DNA from: an uncultured Planctomycetota bacterium
GTDB taxonomy: Bacteria; Planctomycetota; Planctomycetia; Pirellulales; Lacipirellulaceae
Assembly: GCA_963719315.1 (NCBI GenBank)
Contig: CAVRBU010000002.1
Location: 288,001-352,000, forward strand
DNA length: 64,000 nucleotides
Direction: 5' to 3'
Translations under genes and position numbers: made by a program
The notes under the pieces: generated by a model
Seen by the model: the letters and a program-made list of their open reading frames with translations, nothing else
Database searches by the model: none
Told to the model about the DNA's origin: nothing
Shown here: positions 52,098 through 63,372 of the stretch, one piece after another
Position numbering within the stretch: position 1 is the first letter of the stretch
How the letters are laid out: each line of letters starts with the position of its first letter

Positions 52098-54145
52098 GCC
52101 GCGCACGAGTTCACGAAGTCTCAAGCCCGATTTCGCTCTTTCCCTTCATTGGGATTTTGCTGTGCACGATGGGCGCCCTCCTAGTGGTGCTAGTCGCGGT
52201 GAGCCGTTCTGCGCGCGACTCTGCCGAGCAGCAGGTGCACGCCCAGCAGACTGCGGTCAAGGCGACCGTTGACGGCGGTATGCGGAAGAAACTTGCCGAC
52301 GTTCAACAATACGTCGGTGCCCTCGCTTCGATCCGCAGCGACGCGGAACGCAAGCTCCGCGACGAGCACGCCCGCCTCAGCCACGTTGAAGACCATATTC
52401 GCCGTTTGCAGGAGAAGATGCGTTCGTTGCAGATTGCCGCCACTGAACTCGAAGCGCTCGAAAAGGAACATTACGACGACCGCACACAAGCCGAACGCGA
52501 AACTGCGCGGCTCAATCAACTAATCGACGATTCGCGCAAATCGATCGAATCGCTCCAGGAGGCAGCCGACAAGGAACCTGCCTCGTACGCTCTCGTGCCG
52601 TATGAAGGGCCAAACGGCACATTCCGGCGTCCGATTTACGTCGAGTGCGTCAACGAAGGTGTCATTCTGCAACCTGAAGGCGTGCGAATCGCGGCCGACG
52701 ATCTCCGGCCGCCCATCGGCGCCGGTAATCCGCTCGCCGCAGCGCTGCGTGCCAGCCGCGATCATTATGTCAAGCTGCATCCCAACGAAGGTAAGGGCCG
52801 CGACACTGAGCCTTATCCGCTGCTGTTAGTCCGCTCCGACGGCCTCTATATGTTCGACCGCGCCCGGCAAGCGATCGAAGCGGGCGACTTCGATCTCGGT
52901 TTCGAGTTGGTCGAGGAAGACTGGAAACTAAAATACCCGCAGCCCGATCCGCAGCTTGCTGGGATCGAACAGATCGCCGTCGACCAGGCTCGAGCTCGCC
53001 AGGAAGTGCTCGCAGCCGCGGCGCCGCGCGCATATCGCGGCGGATCGTTCTCTTTCAACGATCGATACGGCGCCGACGACGACGATGCAGGTGGCAACTA
53101 CGCCGGAGGCGGCTACAGTGATGGTGGCGGCTATGCAGGTGGCGGCGGCGATGGCGAGGGCTCGAGCGGTGGTAACGGCGGAGGATTGCCCAGTGGCGGT
53201 ACGGGCCACGGCGGCTCCGGTCATGTCGGTTCGGGCGGAGGCGGCGGATCCCGAGGTGACAACTCATTCGCTTCCGGCGAAAGCCAAACATTCGGAGGTG
53301 GCACGAGCGGCGGTGGATCGGGTAGTGGTGAACTAAGCGGGAGCGTCAGTGGTAGCCCAAGCGGCGAATACATTGGCGGTGGAAACGTCGCCAGCGGCTC
53401 GGGAACACGCGGCAACGCAATTGTGGGCGGTGGAGGGCCCGGTGGTGAAGCATCGCAAACCGGTGCTGGCGGCAGCGAATATGCCGGCGGCCCAGGTGGT
53501 GGAGATCCGAGCGGCGGCAATGGCGGTTCCTCTAGCGGTGGCGCTGGTGGCGCCGGCGGCTCATTCTCTGGGAGCGGCGGAGGTGGAATGCCGATCGCCG
53601 CGATGACCGATCCAAACGCACCGCCCGATGCCAACGGCAATCCACAAAGCGTATCCATGATGATGGGCTCGCCGCCTCCCGACGGCGCTCCGAATTCAAG
53701 TTTCGATTCAAAAGGCCGGCGCGATAAAAACCACCCGATCCCGCCCGATAAACGTGGAAAAGACTGGGCATTTCGGCAAAAGTCGCAACGCGCCGTGGCG
53801 GTTCGTCGCACGATACGGGTCGTCGTCCGGAAAGATCAATTGGCCATTCTGCCCGACGGCGCGCCGAACACGTCGGAAGTTCCCGCCGGCAGAGTCGTTC
53901 CGTTCCGTGGAGACACGGTGCAGTCGCTCGATGAATTCGTCAAGCAGGTGCACGATCAAATCGACGGTTGGGGCATCGCTGGCAACGGATTGTATTGGCG
54001 GCCGGTCATCGTAATGACGGTCGGTGCCGACGGCAATCAACGGGCGAACGATCTCGCCCGACTACTCAAAAACAGCGGCCTGGACCTCCGCACCGACGAA
54101 ACCGCCAACAACGCGCCCCTCGGAGGAACTTATGAAACGCGTTGA
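52094..54145 (+). CDS. Single-TM coiled-coil protein with Gly-rich linker (ExbD/MotB-like anchor)
   Basis: ATGA overlap with the previous gene; ISLFPFIGILLCTMGALLVVLVAV anchor, coiled coil, RRPIYVEC domain, about 170-aa Gly/Ser tract, C-terminal domain. Confidence 0.75.
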   Translation: MSRARVHEVSSPISLFPFIGILLCTMGALLVVLVAVSRSARDSAEQQVHAQQTAVKATVDGGMRKKLADVQQYVGALASIRSDAERKLRDEHARLSHVEDHIRRLQEKMRSLQIAATELEALEKEHYDDRTQAERETARLNQLIDDSRKSIESLQEAADKEPASYALVPYEGPNGTFRRPIYVECVNEGVILQPEGVRIAADDLRPPIGAGNPLAAALRASRDHYVKLHPNEGKGRDTEPYPLLLVRSDGLYMFDRARQAIEAGDFDLGFELVEEDWKLKYPQPDPQLAGIEQIAVDQARARQEVLAAAAPRAYRGGSFSFNDRYGADDDDAGGNYAGGGYSDGGGYAGGGGDGEGSSGGNGGGLPSGGTGHGGSGHVGSGGGGGSRGDNSFASGESQTFGGGTSGGGSGSGELSGSVSGSPSGEYIGGGNVASGSGTRGNAIVGGGGPGGEASQTGAGGSEYAGGPGGGDPSGGNGGSSSGGAGGAGGSFSGSGGGGMPIAAMTDPNAPPDANGNPQSVSMMMGSPPPDGAPNSSFDSKGRRDKNHPIPPDKRGKDWAFRQKSQRAVAVRRTIRVVVRKDQLAILPDGAPNTSEVPAGRVVPFRGDTVQSLDEFVKQVHDQIDGWGIAGNGLYWRPVIVMTVGADGNQRANDLARLLKNSGLDLRTDETANNAPLGGTYETR

Positions 54146-55151
54146 ACTGGAAGCCGATCAAATGCCGGGGCAGGACTCCTTCCTCGACGTGATCACGAAT
54201 ATCGTTGGCATTCTTATCCTGCTCGTACTTGTGGTCGGTTTGCGTACGCAACATTCCGTCCGTGATGAACCGGACCTGCAGCAGGCCGAGAAAGAACGAA
54301 GCGAGAAAGATTATCGAACGGCCTACAATAACGCGCTGACGACGGAGCACAACGTGCGCGAACTGGTCCAGCGCGTGGGGAATGCCCGACATGAATCTGA
54401 GTTTCGCGAGGATGAGCGCGTCTGGCTCGGCACGACGGTCGCCGCCGCGGAGCAGGAAATCAATGATCGCCGTTCCAAGCTCAGCATCGAAGACCAACGG
54501 GATTTCGACCTCCGGCAAAAGCTCGCAACCGCCCAGGCAACACTCGACGATCTGACACGGCAACAAGTCGCGCTGCTTTCTCACGAACCGGCCGTGGAAG
54601 AGATCGAATGTCAACCAACGCCGGTCGCCAAGACCGTGACTGGCGCCGAAGTTCACGTGCTCTTGTCGGACGACCACGTCGCAATCGTTCCACTCGACGA
54701 GTTGCTCGAACAAATGAAGACCGATGCTCAGGCAAACATCTGGCGGCTGCGACAACAAAATGAAATGGAGCGCACGATCGGCCCGGTAGCCGGGTTTCGT
54801 CTGCGCTATTGCTTCGTCAAAGAAGACGTTATGGGGAAAAGCGAGGCTGGCACGTACATGACAGGGAGCGTGTGCCGATTTTCGCACTGCTATGCGCTTC
54901 CGGTTGTCTCGCCGGCCGGCGAACCGGCGAAGGAGGCCCTCGCGGCCAACTCGGAATTCTTCCGTCAGCTTCAGCGGCTTAGGCCTGAGGGGACGACGAT
55001 CACGATTTGGACCTACGCGGGAAACTTCGATCGGCTCCGGGAATTGAAGCGCGCAATTCGCCAGAAGGGATTTCAAATCGCCGTCCGGCCCCTTCCCAAG
55101 GGAATGCCCATCGGCGCTTCGCGCAACGGGAGCAACTCACTCAGCGAATAG
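54132..55151 (+). CDS. Single-TM coiled-coil protein (ExbD/MotB-like anchor with Asp)
   Basis: GGAGG RBS; DSFLDVITNIVGILILLVLVVG, coiled coil, C-terminal ITIWTY...F..LRELK alpha/beta domain. Confidence 0.75.
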   Translation: MKRVELEADQMPGQDSFLDVITNIVGILILLVLVVGLRTQHSVRDEPDLQQAEKERSEKDYRTAYNNALTTEHNVRELVQRVGNARHESEFREDERVWLGTTVAAAEQEINDRRSKLSIEDQRDFDLRQKLATAQATLDDLTRQQVALLSHEPAVEEIECQPTPVAKTVTGAEVHVLLSDDHVAIVPLDELLEQMKTDAQANIWRLRQQNEMERTIGPVAGFRLRYCFVKEDVMGKSEAGTYMTGSVCRFSHCYALPVVSPAGEPAKEALAANSEFFRQLQRLRPEGTTITIWTYAGNFDRLRELKRAIRQKGFQIAVRPLPKGMPIGASRNGSNSLSE

Positions 55152-55235
55152 CGATCGCGTCGTGACCAACGCGTGATAGTCCAGCTACACAAACCGCGAA
55201 AGCCGCAGGCGGCAACTCAATCAATTGACGGTATC

Positions 55236-55802
55236 TTAAGCCGCTTTATCGCTCGCCTTCTGTGGGCTACGCACTCCGTGCAGGAGCAGTAGGCAAGCGC
55301 CTAGGACTAGCATCGAATCGGCTATGTTGAAATTTGGCCATCGCCACCGATCGTTCGCCTGCCAAAGAATCCAATCGCGAACCGCGTGCACGGCTTCTGG
55401 GGCATTCAACATTGGCCCGGCCCAGTCCTCGTTCGAAAGGCCTAGCCGATCAAACAGATTTCCAAGCACACCAGCCATGACGCAGCCGAGCGCAAACGTC
55501 AGCCAGACATCGCAAGCCGCGCGAAACACGAACAGCCAGGTTGGAATAGCGAGCATTGCCAGAATGCTCAGTGTAGCAAACAGCCAGACCTTGCCCTGCC
55601 CCATGCCAAAGAGAGCGCCCCAATTTCGGCTCAATTGAACGCCGATATGCCCGTCCCAAAGCCAAGCGATCTCGCCGGCCCGCAGCGCGGGCACAGAAAA
55701 AACCCAGGCCTTCGTCACCAGATCGGCCGCGCAACCAACCGCAGCCAATGTGATAAACACGACGTACCGACTGAACGGCACGCGCTCCGTCGCGTCGATC
55801 AT
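55236..55802 (-). CDS. lspA: Lipoprotein signal peptidase II
   Basis: DLVTK, NWGALFG, GVLGNLFDR, VRDWI, WPNFNIADS. Confidence 0.92.
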   Translation of the reverse strand: MIDATERVPFSRYVVFITLAAVGCAADLVTKAWVFSVPALRAGEIAWLWDGHIGVQLSRNWGALFGMGQGKVWLFATLSILAMLAIPTWLFVFRAACDVWLTFALGCVMAGVLGNLFDRLGLSNEDWAGPMLNAPEAVHAVRDWILWQANDRWRWPNFNIADSMLVLGACLLLLHGVRSPQKASDKAA

Positions 55803-55887
55803 TGAAAGCCTCTCCGAGGCAAGGTTGCGTACTCTACGACGAACTGGATCGCTTCGAAGATTCGCTTCTTAGAAATGATTGGTCCGT

Positions 55888-56277
55888 CTAAATGGCGCCG
55901 TTGCCGAAGCCGTTATTCTCTTGCAATTCCGCGCATTTGATGCAAACGGGCGTGTAGGGAATCGCGTTTAGCCGGGCCTTGGAAATCACTCCGTCGCATT
56001 GAATACACTTCCCGAAGGTGCCGTCCTGAATGCGCTCCAATGCCGAGTCGATCGAGCCGAGAGTACCCTCATCCGCCTCCAACAGGCCGAGTGTAAACTC
56101 CTGCTCGAAATTGTCACTGCCAAGTTCGGCCATGTGGATCGGCATGGCGTTGCTGTCGCTGCCTTCAATGCCCGATTTTCGCAGAGCAACTTCGGCCATC
56201 GCGGTCACATCGCCGCGCAAGCGCGCGCGAATGAGGTGAAGCTTTTCCTTGAACGCACTCATTTCCGACTTCTTCAT
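55888..56277 (-). CDS. DksA/TraR C4 zinc-finger protein
   Basis: HMAELGSD, ALERI.DGTFGKCIQC...RLNAIP...CIKC. Confidence 0.9.
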   Translation of the reverse strand: MKKSEMSAFKEKLHLIRARLRGDVTAMAEVALRKSGIEGSDSNAMPIHMAELGSDNFEQEFTLGLLEADEGTLGSIDSALERIQDGTFGKCIQCDGVISKARLNAIPYTPVCIKCAELQENNGFGNGAI

Positions 56278-56593
56278 GTGGTTTCTCCAAGGCGCTTGAT
56301 CACTTCGTCGGGCCATGCCATCAAAGCCAACGAAGATTCGTTATTCTATGCCGAATTCCGAGAGGTGTCTAGCGGATGGATTCGAACCAAGCACGCCAAC
56401 ACGCCAGTCCTATTGGTTGCGAGGACACGGGCTGCGCGGTAAACTGGTATTTAAGTCGTTCGCCGAATTATGGCGTTGATTTCGCAGGAAAACATTGTTG
56501 CGAACGATCAATCTTGAGTCGCGACGGGCAGGGTGCGCGCCGCCGCAATCGCGTCGCAGACCTCAGCGCGTTGGCGACCCAGAGGATACTGCG

Positions 56594-58009
<1,416 letters not shown>

Positions 58010-58094
58010 TAGTCGCAGATACTCTCCGCATGCCTTGGCATTTTCTGCTGTCGAACGGCAAGCGGAGCATGTCTGCTACCTGGGGACACTGCAA

Positions 58095-58884
58095 ATGAAA
58101 CTCGCCATCCACGGTGCGGCCGGTCGCATGGGCCAGCGGGTCACCGCCCTGGCCGAGAAGGATCCGCGCTTTAAGGTTGTTGCCGCATTAGAGTCTGCCA
58201 ACCATCCGCTGCTCGGCATAGATGCCGGGCTTATCGCCGGCATCGGCGAAATCGGCGTTCCGTTGGGCGTGGTTGGCGAATCGAAGTGCCGACGTCGTAA
58301 TCGACTTCTCGGTGCCCGACGCAGCCGTCGCCGTCGTAGCCCATTGCGTCGAGTTTAAAAGGCCCGTTGTCGTCGCCACGACCGGTCTGGACAGCGAGCA
58401 GCAGGCTTACATCGCCAAAGCGGCGAAGACGATTCCGATTGTTTGGTCTCCCAGCATGAGCACCGCCGTCAACGTGGCGATGAAACTCACCGAAATCGCC
58501 GCGAAGGCGCTCCGCGAGCTTCCCACCGGCGTCGATGTCGAAATCATCGAGTGTCACCATCGCTTCAAAGAAGATGCGCCCAGCGGCACCGCTTTGAAGT
58601 TCGGCAAGATCGCAGCCGACGCGATGGAGATTACGGAACACACCCATGGCCGCTCCGGCCGCCCTGGGCAGCGCTCGCGTAACGAAATCGGCTACCACGC
58701 CATTCGAGCCGGCGACAATCCGGGAGAGCACACCATCCTGTTCGGCATGCTCGGCGAGAAGCTGGAACTCCACGTCGCCGCCACCAACCGCGATTGCTAC
58801 GCCCAAGGCGCGCTGCTCGCCGCCGAATGGCTCATAAAGAAGCCGCCAGGCCTTTATGGCATGAGTGATGTGTTGGGATTGTAA
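58095..58884 (+). CDS. dapB: 4-hydroxy-tetrahydrodipicolinate reductase (frameshift near 58285)
   Basis: GAAGRMG; DVVIDFS, ATTG, IIECHHRFKEDAPSGTA, GEHTI. Confidence 0.92.
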
Positions 58885-59012
58885 TCGTCGAGGGCTAATG
58901 GTCGAGTGACGAGGGCCAGAAGGAAATCGTGTTGTCGGATTTCAAACAGCGCTCGCCGCTTCACTTGTGCTTCCGTTTCTAGACTCTCGACCCTCAACCC
59001 TTGACCTTCCCC

Positions 59013-59390
59013 ATGGCCAAATGCGACGAAGGCTACCTTTGCGATATATGTGGCCAGGATGTGGCCGAGCTTACCGATAGTGATCTCTACTTGCGATACA
59101 TCGTGGGTGTGCTTGATCCCGAGGTGTTGCACACGACGAGCGAGCGGCACATCCGCTGCAACCCTACGCTCGCCCAGTACATCGTCTGCGACGATTTCGA
59201 ACCAGTTGTCGTCGAAGGCCCATTCGACAAGCGCCAGCTCGACCCGGCGTTTGTACAGGAACGCGAACGTCTAATATCGCGCGGCTGGAAACGTCTCAAA
59301 GAAGTTACCGCTCTCGGCATTCCCATCATCGAATATCCGCTGCCGGAAGTGCTCGAGAGGATCAAAAGCCGCTCGGTCGGCCCAATGTAG
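59013..59390 (+). CDS. Hypothetical protein with Cys/His motif
   Basis: MAKCDEGYLCDICG...ERHIRCNP; clean ORF in operon orientation. Confidence 0.7.
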   Translation: MAKCDEGYLCDICGQDVAELTDSDLYLRYIVGVLDPEVLHTTSERHIRCNPTLAQYIVCDDFEPVVVEGPFDKRQLDPAFVQERERLISRGWKRLKEVTALGIPIIEYPLPEVLERIKSRSVGPM

Positions 59391-59447
59391 ACGTGCCGAC
59401 TGAATGATCTTGTGACTACGGTCCCGCCTCGGTCATAATTCCCGGCA

Positions 59448-60845
59448 ATGACCGGACCTACCACCAGAAAGTCGCGAGTGCAGCCATCAACTCCGGCAAA
59501 CGCGGAAGAGAGTCGGCGGGACTATCAAAGCGAGGCCCCCGGTAACCTGCATGAGCACCTACCCCCGCTCTATCGCGACTCAAGTTTCTGGGGCATGGCC
59601 GTCACGCAGTTTCTTGGCGCATTTAATGACAACGTCTTCAAGCAATTGATTTTGCTGCTGGCCACGCCGACGGTCGCCCAAGTTGCCGCCGGCAATGCCG
59701 AAGACTTGCAGTCCGAAGCGCAGTATGTATTTGCGGCGTCTTTCTTGATCTTTTCCGGCTTTGCCGGTTACCTATCGGATCGCTTCAGCAAGCGACCGAT
59801 CGTAATTCTGTCCAAGGTGGCCGAAATCGTCTGCATGCTGCTCGGTATGATCGGCTTTTACTATTACGGCATCATCGGACTTCCCGGAATGTTTTGCGTT
59901 CTGTTCTTGATGGGCACGCAAAGCGCGTTCTTCGGCCCGTCGAAATACGGCATCCTGCCCGAGATGCTCCGGCCGGCTGACTTGCCCCGCGCCAATGGCA
60001 TCTTCCTGATGCTGACGTTTCTCGCCATCATCTTCGGAATGGCGCTTGCTGGTGGGCTGAAAGTACTGCTCGGTGATCGACTGTGGATCGCCTCGCTCGC
60101 CTGCGTGGGAATCGCAATCCTTGGAACGATCACGTCGCTGTGGGTCCGCCGCGTGCCGCCCGCTCAGCCCGACCTCGAATACCGCTGGTCGTGCTGGATG
60201 ATTTCCAAGGACACGCTCGCCTTGTTGAAGAAGGATCGGCAACTCCTGTGGGCCATCGTCGTGGTCGCCATCTTTTGGCTCGTCGGCGGAATGGTGTTGC
60301 AAACTGTAAACGCACTGGGGAAATCGCAGCTCGGAATTGATGAGCTCCGCACCAGCCTTTTGGCGGCATCGATCGGCGTCGGCACGGCAATCGGCTGCAT
60401 TCTGGGCGGCTACCTGTCGCACGGTCGCGTGAATCGCTCCGTCGTGGTCGGCGGCGCCGCGGGCACCGTGGCCATGCTCGCCCTCATGTGCCTCCCCGGC
60501 GGCGAGCACCACCACTTGCTCGGCTTCTACGGCAGTATCCCCGTGCTGATCCTTCTGGGGCTGTTCAGCGGCATGTTCATTGTGCCGGTGCAAGTCGCTC
60601 TACAATCGCGCCCGCCTCGCGAAGAGAAAGGCAGGATGATCGCCACCATGAACCAGTTGAGCTGGGTCGGCGTGATCCTGGGCGCCTTGATCTACGAGGC
60701 CTGCCTCACCGGCCTGAAATACACGGGAGGGCCGCGCAGTCTGATCTTTGGCGCAACTGCGTTATTGATGCTACCGGTGGCGCTCCTCTATCGGCCGAGC
60801 GACGAGAAACTGGCAGACGATGCGGTCGAAGCGCCGCTCTATTGA
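59448..60845 (+). CDS. MFS transporter (LplT/Aas-like)
   Basis: TQFLGAFNDNVFK, AGYLSDRFSKR, QSAFFGPSKYGILPE, GRMIATMN; 11-12 TMs. Confidence 0.87.
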   Translation: MTGPTTRKSRVQPSTPANAEESRRDYQSEAPGNLHEHLPPLYRDSSFWGMAVTQFLGAFNDNVFKQLILLLATPTVAQVAAGNAEDLQSEAQYVFAASFLIFSGFAGYLSDRFSKRPIVILSKVAEIVCMLLGMIGFYYYGIIGLPGMFCVLFLMGTQSAFFGPSKYGILPEMLRPADLPRANGIFLMLTFLAIIFGMALAGGLKVLLGDRLWIASLACVGIAILGTITSLWVRRVPPAQPDLEYRWSCWMISKDTLALLKKDRQLLWAIVVVAIFWLVGGMVLQTVNALGKSQLGIDELRTSLLAASIGVGTAIGCILGGYLSHGRVNRSVVVGGAAGTVAMLALMCLPGGEHHHLLGFYGSIPVLILLGLFSGMFIVPVQVALQSRPPREEKGRMIATMNQLSWVGVILGALIYEACLTGLKYTGGPRSLIFGATALLMLPVALLYRPSDEKLADDAVEAPLY

Positions 60846-61249
60846 ACCGTGGCCGCCTCGGCTGCCTGCGGCTTAGTGCCGTCAACCGCAGTTCCTTCTC
60901 GCTTCAAAGTCGAGTGATTAAACTGATGATCCACCAATGCCGCCACCGCGGCCGTGGAATCGAACTGCCCCGGATCAACCGCCACCGTTGCCGTCTTCGA
61001 ATCGAAATCGACGATCACGTCCTTCGCCCCTGGCTGCTCCGACAAAATCTCCTTCACCTTCACGCCGCAACCTTCGGGACACATCATATCCGGCACGCTG
61101 AAGGCGACTGTCGGCGCGCCGGTGACGTTAAACGCTGCTGCCCCGACATTGGAAGTGGGCACAACCGAAACATTGGTGCTATCGGTCGAGCATCCCGCCA
61201 ATGCACTCATGAAACAAACCAAGCAGGTCAGTCGTACGATCAAGGTCAT
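60839..61249 (-). CDS. Heavy-metal-associated (HMA) domain lipoprotein
   Basis: LAGC lipobox; VPDMMCPEGC..KVKEIL...VDFDSKTATV. Confidence 0.78.
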   Translation of the reverse strand: MTLIVRLTCLVCFMSALAGCSTDSTNVSVVPTSNVGAAAFNVTGAPTVAFSVPDMMCPEGCGVKVKEILSEQPGAKDVIVDFDSKTATVAVDPGQFDSTAAVAALVDHQFNHSTLKREGTAVDGTKPQAAEAATVQ

Positions 61250-61261
61250 TGTATTACTCCG

Positions 61262-61649
61262 CTATTCTAGGGACATCTCCGCGAGCCTTCGTTCTAACTC
61301 AGCCGCAACGCCAAGAACATCGGCCCAGCGGCGCATGTATTGTAGGTCGATCTGGCCCTGCATGAAAAGCACATCTGTCACGTCACCCAGGTCGCGTGGC
61401 CGCCCAGCCAAAAGCTTCAGTAATACTAGATCCTCAGGGCTGACGAGCCAAATCGTGCGGTTTTCCACCTCCACTTCGCGTCGGCGTTTTATTACCTCCT
61501 TGAGGAACTCCGATTCCGCCAGGAATGTCGTAAGTTGGACGCGGGACCGCGTACGCCCGAACCGCAATGCCACCCATGACGGCATACGGGATCGAGAGCT
61601 TGCCAAGTAACCCGATCAACGCGTGCAACGTTTCGGCAAGGTTCGACAT
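61262..61649 (-). pseudogene. Nucleotidyltransferase with internal deletion and frameshift
   Basis: YAVMGGIAVRAYAVPRPTYDI abuts, out of frame, FLAESEF...SPEDLVLLKLLAGRPRDLGDV; the central part is missing. Confidence 0.72.
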
Positions 61650-61650
61650 A

Positions 61651-61860
61651 TTACCCGCGTCGCGTCCGTGCGATCCCCTCTAATATCCGTTGATTGCGTT
61701 CATCGTTCTGTCGGCGGAGCAATTCAAACCGACGACGAACTTGTTCTGGAGTTCCCGCGAACAGGTACGGCTCCGCCTCAGCGGTCAACTTGAAGGTGAG
61801 CGCAAGTCTTTGCCCCGGCGTCATCTGGCGGTATTCTTCAAGTGTTTCGCGGCTAAGCAT
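61651..61860 (-). CDS. Small helical protein upstream of the nucleotidyltransferase
   Basis: YRQMTPGQRL motif; stop lies 1 nt before the NTase start. Confidence 0.65.
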   Translation of the reverse strand: MLSRETLEEYRQMTPGQRLALTFKLTAEAEPYLFAGTPEQVRRRFELLRRQNDERNQRILEGIARTRRG

Positions 61861-61881
61861 CAGGGAGTTCCCTTAACGGAT

Positions 61882-62112
61882 TCAACTCGGAATCTCCGCA
61901 GTCATGATCGTCTCGTTACTGAGTGACTGTGCAGCGAAATGAAGCGCTTCCTTCACGTCTTCAGCCGTCAACTGCGGATACGATTTGACGATATCATCGC
62001 GGTGAGCACCAGATGCAATCCACTCGAGGATCATCTCAACGCTGATCCGCGTGCCCTTGACACAAGGCTTGCCGCCGAGAATTGCCGGATCGGTAACAAT
62101 ATGAGTAAACAT
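61882..62112 (-). CDS. DUF433 family (antitoxin-like) protein
   Basis: IVTDPAILGGKPCVKGTRISV..ILE...YPQLTAEDVKEAL.FA; GGAGG RBS. Confidence 0.9.
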   Translation of the reverse strand: MFTHIVTDPAILGGKPCVKGTRISVEMILEWIASGAHRDDIVKSYPQLTAEDVKEALHFAAQSLSNETIMTAEIPS

Positions 62113-62199
62113 GAATTGATCCTCCACGGCAATTATAGCAGGTAGCCGGTCATATCGATCAACTTGCTTTTACGCGACACAACGCGAGCGTCGAAATCA

Positions 62200-62435
62200 T
62201 TACCAAAACCAATGCTTTCGCATGTGCCCCAGGAACTTTGGCTCGATTGGATACCCAGAATTTGAGCCAATCATCGAATCAACGCTACACTTCGCGCAGA
62301 GGGCCGTTTGGCCAATTCCGTCAGTTGTGTCGACCCACATTGTGATTTCGCTTGGTGGAACAACCGCGAGGCCAAGTCGCTTGCCAGAATCTCCTCGCAA
62401 TGCCGAATCGCGTATCGGTATGTGTCTTCCGTCAT
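62200..62435 (-). pseudogene. Degenerate small Zn-binding hypothetical protein
   Basis: ATGA-coupled start (MTEDTYRYAIRHCEEILASD) in one frame; PPSEITMWVD...TALCAKCSVDSMIGSNSGYP...HWFW in another. Confidence 0.5.
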
Positions 62436-63253
62436 CGGTGTTGGCCACGTGCGGTCACGAAGTCATTAGCTGGGAAAGCCTTCTTGCATGTAACCACAAA
62501 CTCGTTTGCGCGATCCATTGTCTGTCGATTTATCGCCCATGCTTCCTTGCTACGGTCGCGCGCTTCGTTGAATTGGCCGCCGGCGATAATGACCAGCGCG
62601 ATCTCGGACGATACTGGAAAACTGACCAATCGCACGTCTTGCTCTCGGCACATATATACCGGTCTGTCGCTCGTTACAAACGGTTGGTCCCTCGTGGTTC
62701 GAACCACGCACCATTCCCATTCCAGCAATTGATTCTGGAGGTTTACAGACCAAAACAACAAGGCGCCGAAGGTGCTTGGCTTGAGGAACTCGTCGTGAGA
62801 ACTCGGATTGTATGGCCGTCCGGCCAATTCACACCACAAATTGACTAACCGGTTAAGGTTGTCGCGGTCGGCGGACGTGAGTTTCTCGATATGAGCGGTT
62901 ACTACTTCATTCATCATTTCAGGCGAACGAGCAGCGGTGAGTGCAACGAAAAGCGCCACAGCGGAACGCTCGCCGTCGTCCAGAGATTCTCCTGTTGCAA
63001 GCTTTTTCAATGCAGGAGCAGCAGGGTCTTCGACTTGTTTGCTCAGGAGCTTTTCAAAGCTATCCGTTCGAATACCCACCACATCGAATAATGAGTAAAG
63101 ATGCGGAAACCATCCGAATCCCTTAGGCGTCCGGCTTTCCCAGCGCTGTTTTCGTAAATCGTAAAAGCATAAGTTGTCCGAAAACATCGGCTCTGCGAAG
63201 TTCCGCAAATAGAATTGAGCTATGAAATGACTTCGTCTTGTTGTCTTGGGCAT
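62432..63253 (-). CDS. DUF4238 domain protein
   Basis: HFIAQFYLRNF N-terminal motif; FVTSDRPV; FPVSS.IALV. Confidence 0.8.
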   Translation of the reverse strand: MPKTTRRSHFIAQFYLRNFAEPMFSDNLCFYDLRKQRWESRTPKGFGWFPHLYSLFDVVGIRTDSFEKLLSKQVEDPAAPALKKLATGESLDDGERSAVALFVALTAARSPEMMNEVVTAHIEKLTSADRDNLNRLVNLWCELAGRPYNPSSHDEFLKPSTFGALLFWSVNLQNQLLEWEWCVVRTTRDQPFVTSDRPVYMCREQDVRLVSFPVSSEIALVIIAGGQFNEARDRSKEAWAINRQTMDRANEFVVTCKKAFPANDFVTARGQHR

Positions 63254-63372
63254 TGCCACATTTAGTTGACACATTGGTATCGACCAAAGTTTATCAATAG
63301 ACAGCCTACGCTTACAAAGGTTCGGAGCGGTCGGAGTTCGCTTTCAGCCCACAATGGCTAATCCATTTCCGA

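Noticed and set aside
50264..55151. Zorya anti-phage system
   Set aside because: No OmpA-like ZorB domain and no ZorC/D/E nuclease or helicase; the flanks are housekeeping genes.
55236..56277. dksA-like gene next to lspA
   Set aside because: A commonly seen housekeeping arrangement; nothing unusual in either protein.
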